In this document: piece by piece, positions 53,501 through 64,000 of the stretch
Layout of the letters: the number at the start of each line of letters is the position of its first letter
Position numbering within the stretch: position 1 is the first letter of the stretch
Assembly: GCA_964247055.1 (NCBI GenBank)
Contig: OZ176056.1
Coordinates: forward strand, 8,804,001-8,868,000
Length of the DNA: 64,000 nt
Direction of reading: 5' to 3'
DNA from: Paragordius varius
Taxonomy: Eukaryota > Animalia > Nematomorpha
Notes under the pieces: model-generated
Databases searched by the model: none
Told to the model about the DNA's origin: nothing
What the model saw: only the letters and a program-made list of their open reading frames with translations
Position numbers and translations under genes: made by a program

Positions 53501-56136
53501 AAAAATACGAATTTTGTTTTAACACAAGAATGCGAAATATAGAGCCTTAACTTTAATATTGATCACCCTAATAAAATAGAGTTTAAATATGTAAAATATG
53601 GATCAAATTTAAACAAAAACAGTGTTTTTATCAAAATAACTTTAGTTATTTTATTTAAAATTTGAAAATTTTTAGCTTATATTTTGAATTTTTTCAGCGT
53701 TATAATAAAATTAAAAATATAAAACCTATCAAATGGTATGGTAGATATAATATCATGATCTAGACTAGAAAGAGATGAACTTGAAAATTCCTCAGTCAGC
53801 ATTAAAGCTTTCATTGTCTAATAAGGAAATTTTAAGACATAACCATTTACATTTTAAATTCGCCTTTTTTTGAACAATTCAAATTGACCCCCTTAAACAT
53901 TTCTAATTCACCCTAAAAATAAATTATGCCTTTTGAGGCTAATAATATAGCTCATTATTATTATAAAATAAACTTTTTTGCACAGTTTTTTTCAAAATAT
54001 CATATTGATTATAAACGAAATTTTATTATTTTAAAAAAATATAAAATATAGGCAATTATCTATATATGAAAATGCATAATTCACTTTAGGGTAAACTTGA
54101 AATATTTAAGAGTGAATTCGAATTCGAGAGTGAATTTGAAATGTTTAAGGGTAAATTTGAGATATAAATGATTTAGAAATAAAATTTTTTTCATAAGAAA
54201 ATATATTTACGACCCTAGGAATTTTATTGAATTATCCACAAATCAGGGGTATATAAATGTTAATTATGGTTAGTAATATACTCTATATTTTACGTTTGTA
54301 ACCATAGATAAAATTGTATAAGGATCAAAAAAAAGTTATCTTTTGGAAAAAAAGCATTAATCCTTAAGTTTTTACAAAAAAACCATTTCTTTTAATTATT
54401 TTGAGGTTTATTACTAAGATTTTACTCTAATAGCAATAAATTATTTGTTTAATATAAATTAGGAACTATATACTATGGACAAAACGTAAAAATATAAAGA
54501 CAAATATTTTTTTCTAAAAAACAATTCCATACTTTTTTAATCTTAGAATTTTTGGTTCATATATCATTCTTTAAACTTACACAGTATGAAATAGAGATGT
54601 ATTTTATAAAGGTGATTTTAAATATTGTATATATAGAAAAATTGGGGTTGAATACGGTATGGGGTTGTTTTTCGAAGTTTTAAAAATACTTGTCATTATA
54701 TATATATGTTTTGTCCATAGTTAGTCCATAATTCTAATTTTTACTGTAAGTTCTTTATTAAAAAATTTCTGATTGATTGATTTTTGATAATTCACATAAA
54801 ATTCAAACCTTTTTAGGCGTTTGAAATACCGATTGAGAAACTAATGATGTGCGGCGTCCAGGCGAAGATTTATTAGTAAAATTTTCAGGATTGCTTAAAC
54901 TTTTATGTGTTATGAGGAATGTGTAACCAGTAAAAATCCTTTCGTTATCTGCGGAATAAACTATTGTCGTATAAAAATATTCCCCCCCCTCCCCCCCAAA
55001 AAAAACAATTATATTTTTTGCTTAAAAACACAATTTTCTAACATTATAAATGTAAACTTTTAACTTAAAATCAAATGGTTTAACCTTTAAATAAAAGTTA
55101 TTGCTTGAATATTATTAACTTTCTTAAAATCTATATATTTCCCCCCCAAAAAAACAATAATATTTTTATTATGTAAAACAACAATTTTTGAATATTATAA
55201 ATGTAGGCTTTTAACTTAAATTCAAATGGGTTTATTTTTAAAAAAAGCATAAGTTTTATTGTTTGAAAAATATTAAAACTTTATAAAGTGTATTTTATAC
55301 TAATTGTAAGGAATTTAAGTGCTATATATCAATCTAACATAAAAATCAAAAAAATTTTCTATCAGTAAAACAAAAAAACAATATTTGATTTCAAAACCAC
55401 ATTTCCGCGTCGCTTTATAGGGTGAGCTTATATGGGAAGTAGTAATTTTGGGTAATGTAAGACTTTTTTCAGGAGTTTTATCATTCTTATTATTATTTCG
55501 ATTTAGAGTTTTATTTTCAATGAGATTTTGAAGTTGGCCGCCTTGAACAGTTTTAGCTGGAGTTAAAAGTCTACGCTTACCTAATAATTTTCGTTTACTT
55601 GGAGTTGCATCTTACAAAAAAAATATATGTTTAAGTTAAAATTCTGTTGTAAAAAAAACAGTAAAAATTGAAATTATATGAAAGACAAAACAACTTTAAA
55701 GTTATAAAGACAAATTGTTTTTTTCAGAAATATCAGGGAGATTTTTCCATTATAATCAAATAAGGAGTTTCGCTCAGTTTAATCAATACTTTAATAATAA
55801 AAATATTTGTTAAAAACTTGTAAATATTATAAATATAAAATGTTTGATGAAAATAGTATTTTTGTTTTTATCCGCAAAAATGTTGGATTATAAGAGACTA
55901 AAATTAAAACTAAGTGTAAAGAAATAGTTAAATAGGGAGCTTAAAATTGAACATATCAATTTTAAATTTTATCAATTGGTAAATAGGTGACCAGTTTGAA
56001 TTAAATTTAAAAGTAACTAAATTTTACAATCCTTTTTCGATTCCAATACTATATAAAATGATATTTGGATGATTTTTATTAGGGGTAAAAAGTAATTTGT
56101 TTTAGATTTCAATATTAGATATGAAAAAAATAGCAA

Positions 56137-56171
<35 letters not shown>

Positions 56172-59100
56172 ATCATTTATCCTTTTGTTAGGAGATATAT
56201 TTGAAAAGCCAATATTATTAATATTATTATCATTTTTATTATTAATATTGCTATTATTATAGATTTGTTGATTTTGATTAAAATTATTTTTAAGTTTAGA
56301 GTTTGGTGTATTGTTCAATTCATTAATCATTGACGTTTTTAAGGTAAGGCGTTGTTTTTTGGGTGATTCTATCGTTAGCAAATAATGTATATAAATATTA
56401 TAAAAAATAAAAATTTTAAGGTTTGTTTTTAAACTGTTAAAATGGTAAAAAAAGAATTTTAAATTTATTGATAATCAAAAACAAAAAAACAAATTAATAT
56501 TGAATTAAAATGGAAAAAGAATGGTAACTTATAACATTATTTTTATAACTTATTCGAAAAATTGTTTTATAATTTATCAAAATGATATTTTTTGACCATC
56601 ATTGGACTAAATATATGAATTAATAATTATTTAACTAAAAAAGCATATAATCGAAAACTTTTAAACATTTATTTTTCTAAAAAAAAAGTTAAAAACCAAA
56701 GCAAAAATATTTTAAACAACAAAATTTTTAAACTGTAAAATAAGGTACCAGAATGTTCTGAAGTATTTATGGTAAAATTTGTAATATCATCCGTATCTGT
56801 ATTAGAGACTGTCATATGTTTGGCATTAATTCCATCATTGAAATCCTTATTTTTAAGTTTAAGTTTTTGATTAAACTTTTCAAGCTATAAATATATTGAG
56901 TGCAATTAAAAAATAATTAAAAGTTTAATTGATACATTATATTCAAAGTATTTATTAAATACAAATATTTTATTTAATAAAAAAAGCATTTTTAACCGCT
57001 CTCATCATATTCTACAATACAAAAAATTACCAATTTACATTTCCATTATTTGAATTCATTAAAAGTATCAAAGCTTAAAAATATAATTTTCTTTAAACTA
57101 AATATAGGTATTTGATATCTCATTTTTTCAATTTGTAATTATTTTTATTTTCTTAAAATTTCATAAGCCAAAATAATTAAAAGTATATAAAAATATCAAG
57201 GTTTTTAAAAATTAACAATATTTAAAAAGTTTTACACAAATTATAAATATATGAATTGTAATTTCTAATATTCCTAATATGCGTACTTGTAATTTCAAAG
57301 CTGGTTCAAATTTTTCCGTAATTTCAGTCAATAAATTATTATTGTTGGTCATATATATTGGGGGAGATGGCGTTTTATTTTTATGCTTAGCCGATAATTG
57401 ATGATGTCCACCATTTAGCTTTGGACATAAAACAATTCGATCCAGGCAAGTTATTTTATCAGTGGTGGCGGATATATTCATGTTATTCCTTTTGGCGGGA
57501 GATTTTTTGCTTTTTGTGTTGAATTTATTATTAACGTATGTTATTTCAATGGATTCGAATTGACCATCTGTAATAAAATTGAAATTGATACAGTAAGAAA
57601 ATTTCAATTGATAAGTAACTTTTTGAATAATATAAATATATATATAATATAAAATGTTTAATAATGTCTTACTGTTTGGTTAAATTTGTAATTTATGCAA
57701 ATGATATAAAATTCTAAACACATCTTTCAAATTTACATTGTTATTATCGAAAATTTTCTTATTCGAATATTTAAAGATTATATAAATTGATTTATAAAAA
57801 TGGTAAAAAAAACTATAGTTTTAAACAAGATAATCCAAAAGCAACTTTCTACGGTCATAACTTCAGAGAAATTAGGAGTAACTTATTCCAAAAATAAAAA
57901 AAGTCAAACTTAATTAGCATAAACTATTATATTTATTGAAACTCTTCAAATTTTTATATTAAAAAATTTACCATTTTGGAATAAAATTCGATTAACAATA
58001 GCTTCCTCAAGATCATTGAATAATGCATTTGAATTATGTTTTAGGTCAAAATTATCATTATTTTCTCCTGATAAGTTGTTTAAGTTATTGATTGGTAGTT
58101 TTGAAACTAAAATAAGAGTTCCAGGTATTAAGGTATCCTTTACATTGACAATCATGTCTTTAAGATTACACGAATACAGTTCGCCATCACAAAATTGAAC
58201 CTAAAACATATGTAAAATCAATTTTATTTTATAATTTTAATTAAAAAATACAGTCCTACCCCTTCTCCAAAATATACCATTTACAGTTCAAATTCACCCT
58301 TGAACAATTCAAATTCACCCTTGAACAATTAAAATTCACCCTTGAACAATTCAAATATACTATTTACAGTTCAAATTCACCCTTGAACAATTCAAATATA
58401 CTATTTACAGTTCAAATTCACCCTTAAACAATTCAAATTCACCCTTGAACAATTCAAATTCACCCTTGAACAATTAAAATTCACCCTTGAACAATTCAAA
58501 TATACTATTTACAGTTCAAATTCACCCTTGAAAAATTCAAATATACTATTTACAGTTCAAATTCACCCTTAAACAATTCAAATTCACCCTAAAAAAACAA
58601 TTGTGTGTTTTCGAACTAGTATAACTTATTGTTAATATAAATATATCTTTATAGCGCATAGTTTATTATCTTTTCAGTGTTTTTTTAATTTAAAACAAAA
58701 AATTATTTTTGAAAAATATATGAAAATACAAGTGTAATTTTTAATTTTATAAAACACATAATTTATTGAGGGTGAATTTGAATTGTTCAAAGGTGAATTT
58801 GAATTGTAAATGGTATATATGGCTAATATGCAATCAATATACATTTTAACATACATAGGGTATACTCAATCTTAAATCATTATTCAATTTTTTTCAATAG
58901 TATATATGTTATTAAATGATATTCTAGAAATATATTTAACACAAAAACATATTAGGTTTAACATATTATGAAAAGGCTTCAGAATCTATTTATTTCAGAC
59001 AGGTGTGTTCAACACTAGAAATTTCAATTATTGCGAAAACTTTACGAAAACTTCACGAAATCTAAGGAGCTAAATTTATTTTGTTAAGCAAACTTTCTGT

Positions 59101-62100
59101 ATTAATCTTTCTTCCTCTGAGAATTTTGACTGACAATCAACAAAAAAGGTTAAAATAATACTTGTTTTTTACACAGTTTTTTAAAGTTTTATTAAAAATT
59201 GATTAAAATATTATGCGAATAAAAAATGTTAAGTACACTGATTAGTTTGCGCATATTTTACAAAAAAAAGGTAAATTTTTTTTATTTTTTTTAACCTTAA
59301 ATTTTGCCGTCTTGGGTAACAAAGGATATGTTAAGGGTTCAATTTTTCCTTCCATTATATTTTCTTGCGGCCGAGTTTTCTTTAGGTTTTTAGATTCAAA
59401 TTTCAATGGTTTTGACAATAAAATTTTATCATCACTCAGGACTGTTGAAATAGAGGAAGAAATGGTCGTTAAATTACCTAAACGTGATGTACCTAAAATT
59501 ATAAATTAAATAAAAAAAAATTATTTAAAAAATTATTCGCAAAATATAATTATAAAACCATTGCAATTCCTTAAAATCCTTGAAATATTTAAAGTTAACT
59601 AAAGTTTTTGGCACATTTTACCGTAAAAGAAGCTGACCATTTTAATTGTTTATAATCCTATATTTATATACCTCATGTAATGTTAAATTTGTTGTATAAA
59701 AAGATATGAAAACTCTTATTTATTTCTCACATAAAGTTTTAAGAAATTACTTAGATAAGACGAAAAATATATAGTAAAATAGACAAAATCCTATGCCTAA
59801 TATTGCGCTCTAATTTATTTTTTTACGGCAAATATCAGCTTTAATAATCTAATAATACTAACACAGATTAGATATTAACTTGACTTAAAACAATTACAAC
59901 AAATGTTCTTTTGAAGGACAACACCTCCTTAATAAATGAACAATTCAACCGCATTTTTTACATTCGCCAACACATTGAAAACAATATTTGCAAAAAGATA
60001 CAAATTTTATAAAATACCTAATCCAGAATCATTTGTGCCCATTTTAAGGTTTGGGGAGGATTCTGAAATGATTGTACTAATTGATAATAAAGAAACATTG
60101 AAAGTAAAAATCATTAATGTAAAATTTTCAAGTATTAATGAAAACTATATAATTTTTGAATCCTGTTTTTTACCTATGTATATAATTAGGAAAATTAGCG
60201 GGTAATTCAATTTTAAAACAATATTTTAGGTTATATTTTAGCAATATATCAAGATTAATAAATAAATTTTATGTGCAATTTTTTTCAAGTAATATCAATC
60301 TTTATAAGTTAAATAATTTACTGGAGTAAAAGAGTTTCATCTTTTTTCGTATTATATTTGTCTTGACTTTTACGTGATTTTGTCAACATTGTCGTTGAAA
60401 AAGGAAGCAAAGAATTTTGATTGCCATTTTCAATAAAGTTATCAAAACAATTTAGTAGTAGATTAACGTTGGGTAAAATTAATTTACATGGGTAATAATT
60501 TGCATCAGATCGATATTTAACCCAAAAAGTTTTAGGAACAGGTAGACCTAAAACACATGGCCACCCCATTAAAATGAGGGCTAATTTTGTTTCTAAACAA
60601 CATGATGTTGTGTTGTTTTTATAGGCTTGCGTAAACGATTTAAGGTAATTCAATAGCGCTAAATCTGAGTTTTGACCTAAAAAACAAGGTAAAAAAAACC
60701 ATTAAAATCCAAGTTTTTGTCATAATATAGAGGATTTTATTAAAGAGATATACAGTTACTGATAAATATATCATATTTAAACAAAATCTAATTCAATATA
60801 TGCATTTAAAAAATTGTGTTGCCTAAATTTTTACTGTTAAATAAGATTTTAAAATAAATGTCAGAAATTATACGGACTAAACGTAAAAATATAAGGACAA
60901 ACATTTTTATCTAAAAGACAACTAACCATACTTTTTTTCAAACCTTGATTTATCTTCCTAATAAAATATATAAATTGCTTGTGTTATCAATTTACATCTG
61001 TATTTCCTATAGGTTGAAACAATGAGTTATCAATAATAAAATCAAGATTTAAAAAGTATATGGATTTGTCTTTATATTTGTACGTTTTGTCCGTATAATT
61101 TCAATTTTTACTGTAAAATTGAAAAAAATATACATTTTGTAGTTTCTTGCAAACATAAATGATTTTATATTTGCAATTATATAATTTGGTAGATAATATT
61201 AAAATTCGCTATAATAAGATAAAAACCAACCACAATAGTAAAAATAAATCATTTTTCGAATTCGTTTTAATAAATGATAAAATTTTACAACGCAGTAAAT
61301 TTTATGAAAATTTTACAAAAAAATCCCTAAAAACTTTATATTATACCACAATTTTTAGTTTCATTTTCGTTAAATTTTGTCAGTTTTTCCTTAGTATTTC
61401 CCACAAATTTTAAGCATTTTTCGCCCCCATCAGTTATTTCCGTAACTGATTCTGCTATTATTTCAGGCTCAGTGTCTGTTACCAGGACCATATTGGTATC
61501 TTTTTTAATTTCTGGGGTAAAAAAAATTGATTCCAAAATAAAAACGAAGGAATATTATTGAAATACTTTGAATAGTAAAAATTAAGCTTAATTGTACAGT
61601 AAAAATTACTATTATATGGACAAAACGTAAACATATAAATACCAATAGTCAGTTGTTAAAAGACCACTGTATACTTTTTATATATAAAAACATTAAACTC
61701 ATTTGAAAGGTATGAAATTAATATATATATATATATATATATATTAGTACCAAATCAATTATATATATTTTACAATTGTAATTAAATAATATATATAGCA
61801 ACAATTGAAGATTTAAAAAGTATGCCTGTCTTTATCAAAAAAAATAATTGTCGTTATATTAAGTTTAGTTCAATTTTTACTCATAATTGTCTTGTAATTT
61901 CTATTTGTCAGCATAATAATTGATTTTCAAATACCCCAAATCCGTCTTAATATTTAATTTTATTGCAATCAAAAAGTTTAAATTTAGTTTGAAATAAACT
62001 ATTTTGATAATGTAAGATTTAAGCATTTACTTATAGATGTTGAGGTATTTGCTTGATTATTGTTATAAGTTAGATTGAGATTTTGATTATCTAATATATT

Positions 62101-63316
62101 TTCCCGTGTATTTTGAATATTTTCCGCCCTATTATTGCAATTATTTTTGGCATTTATAGGGTTTGGAATATCTAAAGCATCTTTTGTACAGGAATCTGAA
62201 TTGGTTGAGGTATTATAATTTGTTTTATGTAACATTTGACTATTTTTAGCCTTTTCAATAATATCCATAATTATACGTTTCTCAAGGATTGTATTGGCAG
62301 ATTCCTCACCTTTAATCGTTCAAATATTAAAATTTAAAATAAACTTTCTAAAAATATTTCTATTATTAGACATTCAAATTAAAAAAATAAAAATTGGATT
62401 TACACAAAAAACGATAACAAGACTTTTATAAGGAAATGATTTAATTGTCAATCCTTAATTATTTGTAAATTTAATAGGATCATTATAATTATACATTTCT
62501 TGGAAATCTACTTTATCAAACCTAAAAATTTGGTTTTAATTCAAAAACATATTGATTTTAATAAAACGAAAAAAAGTATTGAAATTTTTTTGAAATTTTT
62601 TTTTGAAATCTGAGGAATTAAAATGAAATGCAAACTTGTATGATAAGACGAGCTTATATCAGCAACTTTTCCAGTTGAAGACGAATTATTCGTTGAACTC
62701 ATGAGGTAAATGGCTGAATAGGGGGGAGTAAGGTTGGAACTTACATTCAAACCTTGTATTGGTTTTTCATTTTTTAATTCTGTTGGAAATAATCAATAGT
62801 AAATTAAAATCGAAAATTTGCATTAATATTCTTTATATAAAAAAATCTAATCTTATATAGCTAATAAAGATTTCTTTGATTTTGTTACTGAAAAAAATGT
62901 AATTTAATATAAAAGTCAATCCAATTATATGTATATTAATTAAAGATTTATTTTAAAACTTTGTTGGTTGGAAAAACATTAAGTACAATGTTTAAATCTC
63001 ACAATTATATTGGATAACCTTTAATAAAAAACATTCTTTCTCAAAGCTTAATCGAAATAATAATTATAATAAATGATAAATTCAGTATTTTTTTTCAAAT
63101 AAAAATTAATTAAGACTCTATACATATTTTAAAACGTAAAATTTTTTTTCAAAATCACAAAAAAATGTTATGTATTATACTAGATGAGTTAGAAAATGCT
63201 GGGCCAAATAAAAAAACGCCATCTCCTGGAGTTTTATTAATAACATCTTTGAAATTATCATTTTTATTAATAATTCCACCATTAAAAGTGCCAATAAGGA
63301 TTGGTTCTTGTTCCAC
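50580..63316 (-). CDS. TP53BP1: 53BP1-like protein (tandem Tudor + tandem BRCT), 5' end outside the window. Exons about 63181-63316, 62636-62752, 62031-62309, 61347-61511, 60374-60676, 60018-60062, 59296-59492, 57972-58200, 57287-57567, 56749-56884, 56171-56368, 55398-55610, 54809-54948, 53726-53817, 53010-53317, 51224-51487, 50580-50788
   Basis: BRCT1: FTGYTFLIT...PFDRFQLETLIKSNGGCILETF...SDSYARTEKFLKSLACDIPILSH...RYLLPAG. BRCT2 ends VTYEWLIQALI. Tudor: FWVKYRSDANYYPCKL and KVQFCDG. Splice phases are consistent; the donor at 60373 is the least certain. Confidence 0.85.
52425..52877. mobile_element. Foldback-type MITE, 21-bp repeat TTCAAATTCACCCTTGAACAA, duplicated right end (52820 and 52877); extra left-end copy at 52248; degenerate copy at about 53845-54170
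   Basis: TA|TACCATTTACAGTTCAAATTCACC ... GAATTTGAACTGTAAATGGTA|TA. Confidence 0.88.
58275..58815. mobile_element. Foldback-type MITE, same family as 52425, left arm expanded
   Basis: TACCATTT/AAATGGTA ends with TA on both sides; more than 10 repeat units on the left arm and 2 on the right. Confidence 0.88.
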
Positions 63317-63461
63317 CTAAAACGGGGGGAAAAAATTTTATTCAAAATAAACTTTAAAATAAAAAGTTATTTCACATAATTAGTTTTGATTTTTTAAATT
63401 TACAGTAAAAATTTAAAATAAAAAGTTATTTCACATAATTAGTTTTGATTTTTTAGATTTA

Positions 63462-63775
63462 CAGTAAAAATTGAAATTCTACTATGGGACAAAACGTAAA
63501 AATATAAAGACAAATATTTTTTTCAAAAGATAACCCCATAAATTTTAAAAAATCTTAATTTCTCCTCTAAAAACTATAAAGTTACAATTGTAAAATATCA
63601 AATTAATTGTGTTAGTGATATATATTTCTATTTCACACTTTGCAATAAATATTAAAAATGAATAAGTTATATTATAAAATAAAATTCAAAAAAATATGGG
63701 CTTGTCTTTTAGAAAAAAAATATTTGACTTTATATTTATACGTTTTGTCCTTTTGTATAATTTCAATTTTTACTA
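63462..63775. mobile_element. pogo/Tigger-like MITE, followed by another foldback-family left arm at about 63795-64000
   Basis: CAGTAAAAATTGAAATT...GGACAAAACGTAAAAATATAAAGACAAATA and its inverse. Confidence 0.7.
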
Positions 63776-64000
63776 TAATTTCTAAAAAAACGATAAATAC
63801 CATTAACACTTCAAATTTACCCTTGAACAATACAAATTCACCAAAAATTATATTCTTAAATAAAAAATTACTTGTAGTTTTTTATATTTTTTTAAATATA
63901 AATATTTTGTTTTAAATTAAAATAATACTGAAAAAATAATAAACTAAGCGATCAAGATGCATTTTATATTAATGAATTATATTAGTTGCCCGAAAACACA

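Noticed and set aside
62493-62521. Possible extra 53BP1 micro-exon (FDKVDFQK)
   Set aside because: Requires a phase-2 upstream donor that was not found; flanking exons already join in phase.

Overview
Very AT-rich, intron-containing animal genomic DNA. All gene models below are hand-built from splice phases and recalled family motifs; no database search was run. From left to right: (1) 1-20.5 kb holds two near-identical Mag-type Ty3/Gypsy copies (minus strand). They bracket a hierarchically duplicated block containing a decayed RTE LINE and what look like tiny symmetric exons separated by 23-24 nt introns. (2) A 3-exon single-pass LRR receptor gene lies at 22.7-25.4 kb. (3) 26-39 kb is a nested transposon graveyard (hAT/Charlie, RTE-X, decayed Gypsy, foldback MITEs) containing a disabled CD151-like tetraspanin fragment. 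(4) A 17-exon nucleolin-like gene (40.0-49.4 kb, +) carries three CCHC zinc knuckles between its RRMs, and a 1.7 kb foldback element sits exactly at the exon-7 splice acceptor. (5) A convergent 53BP1-like gene (Tudor + tandem BRCT, minus strand, 17 exons in the window) runs off the right edge. The most striking general signal is a class of ultra-short (23-35 nt) GT-AG introns, two of them anchored by tetraspanin homology, coexisting with kb-sized transposon-filled introns.
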